DNA from: Candidatus Woykebacteria bacterium
GTDB lineage: Bacteria; Patescibacteriota; Microgenomatia; Woykebacterales; RBG-16-39-9b
Direction of reading: 5' to 3'
Assembly: GCA_040876265.1 (NCBI GenBank)
Contig: JBBDPN010000001.1
Coordinates: forward strand, 310,208 to 374,207
Length of the DNA: 64,000 nt
The translations under genes were made by a program, and so were the position numbers. Of this stretch, positions 49,655-58,064 are shown one piece after another (the first letter of the stretch is position 1; each line of letters opens with the position of its first letter). The notes beneath the pieces were generated by a model that was not told the origin of the DNA, made no database searches, and worked only from the letters and a program-made list of their open reading frames with translations.

Positions 49655-49668
49655 GGAAATATGTCAAC
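49639..49668 (-). promoter_or_regulatory. Candidate dcw promoter (minus strand TTGACA-17-TACTAT) overlapped by the repeat boxes
   Basis: -35 is the reverse complement of 49663-49668. -10 is the reverse complement of 49639-49644. Confidence 0.4.
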
Positions 49669-49732
49669 CAAAAAAACCCGAAAAAAATGAGCCTGTTCAA
49701 TAAAACCTCTATGTGGTATATTTAGAACCTCT

Positions 49733-50377
49733 ATGAAGCTAGTTGATCTATTTAATTTTTCCAATTTTGAGCACAAAGCAATATTCAAACAATCCAGAAA
49801 TCTGTGGGAACCAGTACTAGATTTGGATAACTATTTAGAGAAGACCTTCAAAAATAATGCCGAAACCAAACTAATCGGTTCCGGAACAAGTATTGATCCA
49901 GCAGCAAAAATTATCGGTTCTGTAATAATTGGCAGAAATTGTGAGATAAAAGAAGGGGTATTGATAAGGGAAGGGGTAATAATCGGCGATAATTGTGTGA
50001 TTGGCCACGCCTGCGAAGTAAAACACTCAGTAATAATGGACGGCACTCATATAGCCCACTTTAATTACGTAGGCGATTCGGTACTTGGCAACCGCGTAAA
50101 TATGGCTGCGGGAGCTATTATTGCTAATTACAAACATGGAGCCAAAAATGAAATAGTCCACATTGAAGAAGGTAAAGTAAAAATTCCAACTGGCCTAAAA
50201 AAATTCGGTAGTTTAATTGGAGATGAGGCTAGAATTGGTTGCAACGCTGTTTTAGATCCAGGAACAATAATCGGAAAAAGGACAATCATTTACCCCTTGG
50301 CAGCGGTCCGCGGTAACATCCCTGCGAATAAAATCGTCAAATACCGTCAAAACTTCGAAGTAGTTGATCGAAAATAA
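49733..50377 (+). CDS. Hexapeptide-repeat (left-handed beta-helix) acyltransferase, GlmU C-terminal acetyltransferase-like
   Basis: 214 aa. Repeating [LIV]GxxxxI hexapeptides. ...VGDSVLGNRVNMAAGAIIANYKHGAKNEIV... parallels the GlmU C-terminal domain. Confidence 0.55.
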   Translation: MKLVDLFNFSNFEHKAIFKQSRNLWEPVLDLDNYLEKTFKNNAETKLIGSGTSIDPAAKIIGSVIIGRNCEIKEGVLIREGVIIGDNCVIGHACEVKHSVIMDGTHIAHFNYVGDSVLGNRVNMAAGAIIANYKHGAKNEIVHIEEGKVKIPTGLKKFGSLIGDEARIGCNAVLDPGTIIGKRTIIYPLAAVRGNIPANKIVKYRQNFEVVDRK

Positions 50378-50437
50378 CATTCTTGCGAATGATGTTTTAT
50401 AAAAAAAATAACATTCCAGTAAGTGATGTTTTATAAA
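50376..50437 (+). repeat. Two 28-nt direct repeats (AACATTCnnGnnAnTGATGTTTTATAAA) 34 nt apart, upstream of the sucC-like gene; probable duplicated promoter or operator element
   Basis: Copy 1 at 50376-50403 and copy 2 at 50410-50437. They differ only in the central 6 nt. Confidence 0.35.
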
Positions 50438-50441
50438 TAGA

Positions 50442-51656
50442 ATGAGACTCTACGAATACGAAGGAAAAGAGCTTTTCGAAAAGGAGGAGATACCAGTTCC
50501 CAAAGGAAAGCTTGTCTCCTCTGTTTTAGATGTAGATGGGATTGAACTCCCAGCAATTGCAAAAGCGCAGACTTTATCTGGAAAAAGAGGCAGAGACGGA
50601 CTTATTGTTCCCTGTAAAAATGAAACCGAATTAAAATCTGCGGTTAAAAACTTACTTTCAAAAAAAGTGGCCGGGCAAAAAATCGATAAAATCCTCATCG
50701 AGAAATTTCTTTTCGAAAAAAGCAGTGAGTTCTATTTAGCGATAACTTATGATACTTCTAGTCGCGGACCAGTGGCCCTGGTTTCAAAAAAGGGCGGCGT
50801 TGAGATTGAAGAGCTCGCTAAAGACAGAGATACCGTAAAGAAGATAACCATAAACCCGATCATAGGACTTCAGCCGTGGATGGCCAGGCAAATATTATCA
50901 ACTGCTGGTTTTTCTGGGCTACATTTTCTTTCTTTAACAAAGATATTACTTTCCCTTTGGAAAGTCTTTGAAAAATATGACGCTCGTTTGGTAGAAGTCA
51001 ATCCCCTTATAGAAACTGAGGACGAAGAATTCTACGCCGCCGATGCAAAGATAATCCTAGACGATGATGCCGATTTTCGCAGAGGCGAAGTGGGTTTTCC
51101 ACCTCGAGACGTACTTGGCAGGAAACTAACTGAAAGCGAAATGGCTGCCAAGGGAATTGATAAAAACGATCATCGAGGGTCAGCTGGTTCCACATATATA
51201 GAATTGGATGGCGACATTGGTGTGATAGCAGCCGGAGGTGGTGGCAGCTTGGTAAACATGGACGCCCTTGTAGCTCTTGGTGGCAGACCAGCAAATTATA
51301 CTGAACACTCAGGCAACCCACCTAGGGAAAAACTAAAGAAGCTAACCGAGCTAGTTCTTTCCAAAAAGGGTTTGAACGGTTGTTGGTTTGTGGGAGCTAC
51401 GGCAAATTTTACTGATATTTACGAAACATTAGAGGGTTTTGTAGAAGGTCTAAGAAATGTTAAGCCCAAACCAACATACCCAATTGTCATCCGCCGAGGG
51501 GGACCCCGCTACGAAGAGGCTTTTGAAATGCTACGTAACGTTGGAAAAAAGGAGGGTTTTGATTTTCACATTTTCGGTCCGGAAACACCAATGACAAGCA
51601 CAGCAAAAACTTTGGTTACCTTAGTTAATAAATACAAAAAACTCAAGGAACGATAG
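50442..51656 (+). CDS. Succinyl-CoA synthetase beta-subunit-like ATP-grasp protein; candidate citryl-CoA synthetase large subunit
   Basis: 404 aa. N-terminus MRLYEYEGKELFEKEEIPVPKG resembles SucC (MNLHEYQAK...). ATP-grasp, then a CoA-ligase domain (GVIAAGGGGSLVNMDALVALGGRPANY). Confidence 0.65.
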   Translation: MRLYEYEGKELFEKEEIPVPKGKLVSSVLDVDGIELPAIAKAQTLSGKRGRDGLIVPCKNETELKSAVKNLLSKKVAGQKIDKILIEKFLFEKSSEFYLAITYDTSSRGPVALVSKKGGVEIEELAKDRDTVKKITINPIIGLQPWMARQILSTAGFSGLHFLSLTKILLSLWKVFEKYDARLVEVNPLIETEDEEFYAADAKIILDDDADFRRGEVGFPPRDVLGRKLTESEMAAKGIDKNDHRGSAGSTYIELDGDIGVIAAGGGGSLVNMDALVALGGRPANYTEHSGNPPREKLKKLTELVLSKKGLNGCWFVGATANFTDIYETLEGFVEGLRNVKPKPTYPIVIRRGGPRYEEAFEMLRNVGKKEGFDFHIFGPETPMTSTAKTLVTLVNKYKKLKER

Positions 51657-51658
51657 AT

Positions 51659-52561
51659 ATGAGTATATTAGTTGATAAGAGTACAAAAGTCCTAGTTCAG
51701 GGAGCCACTGGTAAAGAGGGCCAGCGGGCTATAAAGCAAATGCTGGCCTACGGAACAAACGTTTTAGTTGGTGTAACTCCCGGAAAAGGCGGCCAAGAAG
51801 TTGAGAGTGTACCTATCTTTAACAGCGTGGAAGAGGCTTTAAATAAATTCCCAGACGTTAACACTTCGTTTATCGCTGTTCCGAAACAGGCTTCAAAAGA
51901 CGCAATTGTAGAATCCGCTGCCCACAAAATAGGCCTTATCAATGTACTGACCGAACATATGCCAATTGCTGATGCCGCTTATGCTGTGGCTTTTTCAAAG
52001 GACACCGGCGTAAAGATGGTTGGCCCATCCTCTATTGGGATTATCTCACCTGGCAAAGCCAAACTTGGCAGTATTGGTGGTGACAATCCGGATTTTTCGT
52101 TTTTCCCCGGAAATATCGGCGTAATATCAAAAAGTGGCGGTATGGCCAGTGAAGTTTCTTTTATTTTAAAAAAAAGCGGGTACGGACAGTCAACGGTAAT
52201 TGGGATGGGTGGGGATATGATAGTAGGTTCTACTTTTGCTGATCTTTTGTTAGAATTTGAGGAAGATCGCGAAACTGCAGCCGTAGTTCTCTTTGGTGAA
52301 GTTGGCGGTAGTTATGAGGAGAAAGCTGCAGAGGTCATAAAATCTAAGAAATTTACAAAACCGGCCGTTGCTTTCATTTCCGGAATATTTGCTGAAACAA
52401 TGCCTTCCGGCACTGCTCTTGGGCACGCTGGTGCGATAATTGAAGCAGGTAAAGGAAGTAGAGAGGGTAAAATCAAGGCTTTGGAAGCAGCTGGAGTAAA
52501 AATAGCCGAAGTCCCAGATGATCTTCCAGCTATTTTGAAGAAACTTTTAAGTAAAGGCTGA
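51659..52561 (+). CDS. Succinyl-CoA synthetase alpha-subunit-like protein; candidate citryl-CoA synthetase small subunit
   Basis: 300 aa. LVQGATGKEGQ and GVTPGKGG CoA-binding motifs. Phosphohistidine loop SGTALGHAGAII. Confidence 0.7.
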   Translation: MSILVDKSTKVLVQGATGKEGQRAIKQMLAYGTNVLVGVTPGKGGQEVESVPIFNSVEEALNKFPDVNTSFIAVPKQASKDAIVESAAHKIGLINVLTEHMPIADAAYAVAFSKDTGVKMVGPSSIGIISPGKAKLGSIGGDNPDFSFFPGNIGVISKSGGMASEVSFILKKSGYGQSTVIGMGGDMIVGSTFADLLLEFEEDRETAAVVLFGEVGGSYEEKAAEVIKSKKFTKPAVAFISGIFAETMPSGTALGHAGAIIEAGKGSREGKIKALEAAGVKIAEVPDDLPAILKKLLSKG

Positions 52562-52563
52562 TT

Positions 52564-53319
52564 ATGAGTGAAAAAAATTGGAAAAGTGCAATAACAAGCC
52601 ATTTTAAAGATGTTCCCCACGTACGGGGCTACGATCTCACGGAAATGCTCCAGAAACTTTCCTTCACTCAAGCTATTTATCTTGTTCTTAAAGGAGAACT
52701 ACCAAATGAAAAAGAAGAGACGATGCTCAACTCTATTTTAGTAGCCAGCATTGATCACGGAGTTGAAGCACCATCAACAACCGTGGCTAGAATTACTGCG
52801 TCCACCGGAGTCCCACTCTCTACTGCCGTAGCAACTGGTGTTGCTTCTATGGGTGAAAGCCACGCAGGGGCAATCGAGGCTGCGGCCAAGGTATTTCAAG
52901 ACGCAGTGAAAAAAGGTCGCAGTGCCTCTGACATCGTTGAGAAAGCGCGTTTTAAAGGTGAGCGGATCCCAGGTTTTGGTCACAAAATTTACGATGTGGA
53001 TCCCAGAACTGCGGCAATTTTAAAAATAACCGAAAAAAATGGTTTTAAGGGCAAACATATTGACATCGCTTTAGAGATAGAAAAAGAACTGGAAAAAGTA
53101 GTTGATAGAAGGCTGCCTTTAAACATCGACGGCATAACTGCGGCGGTCATAAGCGAAATGGGCTTTGACGCGGGTCTTGGAAATGGATTTTTTATAATTA
53201 GCCGAATTGCGGGCCTTGTCGCCCACGTCCATGAGGAAAAAACTCGCGAAAAACCAGTCCGCAGAATAAGCGAAGAGGACGTTGAATATGACGGACCCAA
53301 ACCGCGAAAACTACCTTAA
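52564..53319 (+). CDS. Short citrate-synthase-fold protein; candidate citryl-CoA lyase
   Basis: 251 aa. Citrate synthase family signature GFGHKIYDVDPR (G-x-G-H-x-[IV]-Y-x-x-DPR). Far too short for a full citrate synthase. Immediately follows the SucC/SucD-like pair. Confidence 0.55.
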   Translation: MSEKNWKSAITSHFKDVPHVRGYDLTEMLQKLSFTQAIYLVLKGELPNEKEETMLNSILVASIDHGVEAPSTTVARITASTGVPLSTAVATGVASMGESHAGAIEAAAKVFQDAVKKGRSASDIVEKARFKGERIPGFGHKIYDVDPRTAAILKITEKNGFKGKHIDIALEIEKELEKVVDRRLPLNIDGITAAVISEMGFDAGLGNGFFIISRIAGLVAHVHEEKTREKPVRRISEEDVEYDGPKPRKLP

Positions 53320-54680
53320 TGTAGAACTTCCTTTAGGGATTTCGCTAACTGGGGGATTTTAACTCGCTCCTGCCTCATTGAGTCTCGATCTCGAACCGTA
53401 ACTGAGTCATCTTCCAGTGTGTCGAAATCAACCGTGACAACGTAGGGAGTACCTATTTCGTCTTGACGCCGATAGCGACGACCGATCGTCCCAACTTCAT
53501 CGTACGTTGCTTCCCAGTTCTCTTTAAAGTCCTTATAAATATTTTTTGCAATTTTGATTAGCTTCTCATCTTTAATCAGTGGTAGAACCGCAACTTTGAC
53601 TGGAGCTAAGGTTGGATTCAATTTAAGAACGGTCCGGGTTTCTGACTCCCCTTTTTCTGCCGTTGGTGCCTTTTCTTCTGTGTAGGCGTCGATTAGTAGC
53701 GCAAGCATCATTCGACCTACACCAATTGACGGTTCGATCACATAGGGGACCATTTTTTCTTTCGTCTGCTCATCAAAATAGGAAAGGTCTTTACCACTCT
53801 CCTTGGAATGTTGTTTGAGGTCATAATCGGTTCTATTCGCAATTCCCTCCAGTTCGCCCCAACCCTGCCTCGACTTACCGTCTTCGGCAAGGCTGGCCAT
53901 AAATGGCCAATTATATTCGATATCCACGCTTCTCGTGGCGTAATGAGCCCTCTCATCGCTCTCGTGTTCACGGAATCTTAGATTTTTTTTAGTTAATCCT
54001 AATGATATGTGCCAATCCATTCTTTCCTTCTGCCAGTATTCAAAATCGGCCTCTGACTTTTCCGGAAGGGTAAAGTATTCCAGTTCCATCATCTCAAACT
54101 CACGGACGCGAAAGAGAAAATTTCCGGTGGTGATTTCGTTACGAAAACCCTTACCAATTTGGGCAATACCAAAGGGTAGTTTCACACGCATGGTATCAAG
54201 GACGTTTTTAAAATTTACAAAGATCCCTTGGGCTGTTTCGGGACGAAGAAATGTTTCAGAACCCTGCTCCTGGACCGAACCAATATGAGTCTTGAACATC
54301 AAATTAAACATACGTGACTTTGTCCAATCGCTTTTACCGCAGGTGGGGCAGTTCTTACTTTTTGGGATCAAATCCTCACGAAAACGAGAGTGGCAGCTTT
54401 TACACTCAATCAACGAATCGGCGAAGCTCTCAACATGACCGCTAGTGTGCCAAACTGCTCTATTCATCAAAATCGATGAATCCAAACCAACCACATTGTC
54501 TCTCTGAGAAACAATATTCTTCCACCAAGCTGCTTTTATATTGTTCGCTAGTTCCACCCCAAAGGGTCCTAGATCATAAATACCACCAACCCCACCATAA
54601 ATTTCACTACCAGAAAACACAAAACCTCGACGTTTGGCTAGAGAAACAACTTTTTCGGTCAGTTTATCTTCGGAACTCAT
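53316..54680 (-). CDS. glyQS: Glycyl-tRNA synthetase (dimeric GlyQS type)
   Basis: 454 aa. GFVFSGSEIYGGVGGIYDLGPFG is the GlyRS class II motif. Overlaps the CCL-like stop by 4 nt, convergent. Confidence 0.85.
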   Translation of the reverse strand: MSSEDKLTEKVVSLAKRRGFVFSGSEIYGGVGGIYDLGPFGVELANNIKAAWWKNIVSQRDNVVGLDSSILMNRAVWHTSGHVESFADSLIECKSCHSRFREDLIPKSKNCPTCGKSDWTKSRMFNLMFKTHIGSVQEQGSETFLRPETAQGIFVNFKNVLDTMRVKLPFGIAQIGKGFRNEITTGNFLFRVREFEMMELEYFTLPEKSEADFEYWQKERMDWHISLGLTKKNLRFREHESDERAHYATRSVDIEYNWPFMASLAEDGKSRQGWGELEGIANRTDYDLKQHSKESGKDLSYFDEQTKEKMVPYVIEPSIGVGRMMLALLIDAYTEEKAPTAEKGESETRTVLKLNPTLAPVKVAVLPLIKDEKLIKIAKNIYKDFKENWEATYDEVGTIGRRYRRQDEIGTPYVVTVDFDTLEDDSVTVRDRDSMRQERVKIPQLAKSLKEVLH

Positions 54681-54717
54681 AGACAGTAAGTATAAGGCTG
54701 CAGCTCAAGTTTTACAA

Positions 54718-55470
54718 TCAGATTTTTTGAAGATACTTCACGCTTTTCAACTCTTTTTCTAATAAAAACTCAATGTAAAATTTTAGATGGGTCTCCAATT
54801 CGGAAAAAACAAACGGGGAAATCGATAGCTTATTTATTTTTTCCCAGTCTTCTTTCTGCAGAAAACGGAGCAGCTTAATTGCCTCAACAGAAATTGGCTT
54901 TGAGAGAAGGGAGTTTGTGGAACACCCCTTATCTAAAACTCCTCCGAGCTCTGGCGATAATAAGTGATTATTTTCATTTACCTCCCGGCTACATACAACG
55001 CACTGACGCAGCTGCGGCTTAAACCCAACCTCGGCAAGAAATTTTATCTCAAATGCCCTTAAGGTTTCTTTCGATTTAAATAGGTCTTTCCCAGCTTCTA
55101 TTCTCCGAAGTGACCCAAGAAGTAAGTTGAAAATTTCTGTCTCTCCCTGACCCTCTTCCAAAAAGCCATTGGTTATCTCCAGTAGATGAAAACCAGAGCT
55201 TATTTTATCTAAATCCTCTTTCGCTTCCTTGAAAGTATGAATAGTTTCGACTTCGACAACTACATCAAAATTTTTGCCGCGGGCTAAATAAACATTTACA
55301 TGATTTAAAAGATCCAGGTTTGGTCCACGACGACTGGCCACCTTCCTCACCCCCTTTGCCAGCCCGTCAAACTTACCTTTGTATTTTGAAAGAAACGTAA
55401 TAAGTCTATCTGCTTCCCCAAAATTTCTTTTGTTCAAAATAATTGCTTCAGCGGCGTAGGTGCGGGCCAT
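54718..55470 (-). CDS. recO: DNA repair protein RecO
   Basis: 250 aa. RecO N-terminal OB fold (AEAIILNKRNFGEADRLITFLSKYKGK). C-terminal CxxC...C Zn motif. Confidence 0.75.
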   Translation of the reverse strand: MARTYAAEAIILNKRNFGEADRLITFLSKYKGKFDGLAKGVRKVASRRGPNLDLLNHVNVYLARGKNFDVVVEVETIHTFKEAKEDLDKISSGFHLLEITNGFLEEGQGETEIFNLLLGSLRRIEAGKDLFKSKETLRAFEIKFLAEVGFKPQLRQCVVCSREVNENNHLLSPELGGVLDKGCSTNSLLSKPISVEAIKLLRFLQKEDWEKINKLSISPFVFSELETHLKFYIEFLLEKELKSVKYLQKI

Positions 55471-55473
55471 AAA

Positions 55474-57357
55474 CTAAAGTTTAAAATCAAGTTCGGTATC
55501 TTTTTTTAGATCAAATTCAAAAAGTTTTTTTTCGTTGATTTTTATCACCATATGCGGAATATAACCAGCTTGTTTCTGAATTAACATTTTATAAGAACCG
55601 CCTTTCTTTACTTTAAACGGCAGTTCATAGGTAAAAAAGGTAGTGGTTGAATTAAAAGGTGGGGTCCTGGAAAAACCAGACCAAACCTTTTTTCCAATCT
55701 CGTTCTTTTCTACAAAATCTGTTTCGACATTTTTTTCAATTAGTTTCGACCCCTGAGGAACATATATTCTAAGCCAATTTTGATACACCGAATTGAGCCA
55801 ACCATCATAACGAAACGTATTTTTTATAGTGTTACTAACCTTTTTAACTACGGTTCCATCGTCTTTCACAACTATATCTTGCTCTATAGTAAATTTTGTA
55901 AAAAAGTTCCCTTTTAATCCCGCTACATTGGAGTTACTAACGTGTAAATAATCTCCATCAAAATCCTTTATCCTCCCAGCGAAATCCAACTCCTCTGATA
56001 ACTTTTGCGCTTTTTGGTCATTAAAGTAAAATTGAATAGACTTTTCTTGCATAGACTTTAAAACCGTATTGAATATATCAGGAAATTTTTCTGGTTTAGC
56101 GTTGAAAAGACGATTCGTAACTTCTTGCATCAGGTCACCTATAGGACCTTTTCTTTCGCTGCTACCCTTTAAAACCCGCTGAGCGTATAATTCTAATTTG
56201 TATACAGCATCGGAAATCCTATAATCAGGGTGAGGCTCTGCCGAAAAGGTTTCGCCGTATTTTTCTATGGTTACAGGACCGGTAATTTTAAGAAACTGAG
56301 GAACCAGTGATGTGTCTACGGCAATTACTCCATCAACTTTTGGCTGGTTGGGTATAGTTTGGTAAAAACTTAAAAATTTTTCGGATGATATCTTAAAATC
56401 AGGTGACACGTTGGCGTCTCTAATTGGGAAAAAATTCTGTCCAAAATATTTTCTATAGACCTCAGGCGGATCTTCCACTGGCACAAACTTCCTGTCAAGA
56501 TCTATAATATTTTCACTTCGCAGGCTGGTTATCCCACCATTCTTAACTTTCAAATAACCGTAGGCGGTAATAAATCCCCCGGTAGCGCGCAATTCACCGT
56601 CATTCTGAAACCACAGTAAGTAAGTTTTTTCGCGATCAGAACCAAGAATAGATGGTAGTACCTGGGAGGCATTCTTCACAATAGGCATCAATTTCTGGGC
56701 GTTGGCAAGACTTTCCTTTCCCCGACTGATCACATCGTGTATCTTTACCCCCTTTATTACCAACCAGTTTGGATATCTAGCCTCGTTTATGCTCGAAACC
56801 TCACTCTGGACAGAAGCCAAAATTTGTTCAAGGTCCTTTGTTCTTTCTGAAATTTTCGGAAAAACTTTTGTTACCAAAACTACGACTTTATCCTCGGCTT
56901 TTAGATTACTTTTCGCTCCTTTTAGTCCTAGGATATCACCGAAGGGGGAAATAGATTCAGTTACTATCTTTCCGGCCTCGGTAAGGTGTAGACCCGCTCG
57001 GACAGCCGAAGTAGCGTCGCCATAGTAAAAATTAGCCAGAGGCACCCACCGAAAAAACTTTATAGCAGAAAGGTCACGTTGCGTTTTTTGTAAATCCTCC
57101 TTTAGTTGTTGATTGGCCTTTTCCGCCTCCGTAATATCCTGCTTTTCTATTGCGGCTTCTAGTACTTTGACTTGGCCTGCGACTTTCGATACGTCTTTGG
57201 ATACTAAAATGGTTTTTGGATAAACATAAAATACGGAAGCCAGAGTCAGAACTAAAAATAGAAATACTAACCCAAAAATTATAATTTTGCGGTTGGCAAC
57301 CTTAAGTTTTCTTTTTTTTATTTGTTTCTGATCGATTTCTACGTGATTAATAGGCAT
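55474..57357 (-). CDS. Large hypothetical membrane-anchored extracytoplasmic protein (possibly a DUF4012-like family found in glycan loci)
   Basis: 627 aa. N-terminal transmembrane segment IIIFGLVFLFLVLTLASVFYVY, then a coiled-coil region. No catalytic motif recognised. Confidence 0.4.
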   Translation of the reverse strand: MPINHVEIDQKQIKKRKLKVANRKIIIFGLVFLFLVLTLASVFYVYPKTILVSKDVSKVAGQVKVLEAAIEKQDITEAEKANQQLKEDLQKTQRDLSAIKFFRWVPLANFYYGDATSAVRAGLHLTEAGKIVTESISPFGDILGLKGAKSNLKAEDKVVVLVTKVFPKISERTKDLEQILASVQSEVSSINEARYPNWLVIKGVKIHDVISRGKESLANAQKLMPIVKNASQVLPSILGSDREKTYLLWFQNDGELRATGGFITAYGYLKVKNGGITSLRSENIIDLDRKFVPVEDPPEVYRKYFGQNFFPIRDANVSPDFKISSEKFLSFYQTIPNQPKVDGVIAVDTSLVPQFLKITGPVTIEKYGETFSAEPHPDYRISDAVYKLELYAQRVLKGSSERKGPIGDLMQEVTNRLFNAKPEKFPDIFNTVLKSMQEKSIQFYFNDQKAQKLSEELDFAGRIKDFDGDYLHVSNSNVAGLKGNFFTKFTIEQDIVVKDDGTVVKKVSNTIKNTFRYDGWLNSVYQNWLRIYVPQGSKLIEKNVETDFVEKNEIGKKVWSGFSRTPPFNSTTTFFTYELPFKVKKGGSYKMLIQKQAGYIPHMVIKINEKKLFEFDLKKDTELDFKL

Positions 57358-57362
57358 AAATC

Positions 57363-58004
57363 TTAATTTCCCTCACCCCGAAAAACAGCTGGTATAGTTC
57401 TTACTAATAGAGCAAGATCGTACAATAGTGATTTATTTTTGGCGTATTCAGCATCCAGTCTTACCCGCTCTGGAAAGCCAATCTTACTTCTACCCGAAAC
57501 TTGCCAAGGACCGGTGATACCAGGTCTAACTGATAAAGCTTTTTCTACATTTTGCTTTGAACTGGGAAAATTTTTGAGCTGCTCTTGGATCTCATCATTA
57601 TGGAAAGCGCGAGGACCCACTAGACTCATCTCCCCTCTCAAAACGTTTATCAACTGTGGTAGCTCATCAATTGAAGTTTGTCTCAAAAATCTCCCAACTT
57701 TTGTTATCCTCGGGTCTTTTTCTGTGGGAATTTTGAAATTACTTGTCTTATAAGATTCGTAAAATCTTTTGAGCTGGGGATCCTCTCTTAAAAGAAGGTG
57801 AGCGTTTTTTATCATTGATCGAAATTTCAACATCTTAAAAACTTTCTGGTGCTTTCCAACCCGCTGCGGCGCGTCAGCAAAAACTGGTCCTGTCGAATTT
57901 AGCTTTATAGCAGCGGCAACAACCAAAAAAAGGGGTGATAATACAATAAGCCCAACTAAAGAAAGGGTGATATCAAGCACCCTCTTAATAAAGAAATACC
58001 ACAT
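57363..58004 (-). CDS. Polyprenyl-phosphate sugar-1-phosphate transferase (small bacterial sugar transferase, PglC/WbaP C-terminal type)
   Basis: 213 aa. N-terminal transmembrane segment. IDELPQLINVLRGEMSLVGPRA matches the bacterial sugar transferase signature. Confidence 0.75.
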   Translation of the reverse strand: MWYFFIKRVLDITLSLVGLIVLSPLFLVVAAAIKLNSTGPVFADAPQRVGKHQKVFKMLKFRSMIKNAHLLLREDPQLKRFYESYKTSNFKIPTEKDPRITKVGRFLRQTSIDELPQLINVLRGEMSLVGPRAFHNDEIQEQLKNFPSSKQNVEKALSVRPGITGPWQVSGRSKIGFPERVRLDAEYAKNKSLLYDLALLVRTIPAVFRGEGN

Positions 58005-58064
58005 AAAAATTATGTCAAGCCTGCTTGAAACAATCCAGCTTGATGGAGATTAAGTCCGATTATA

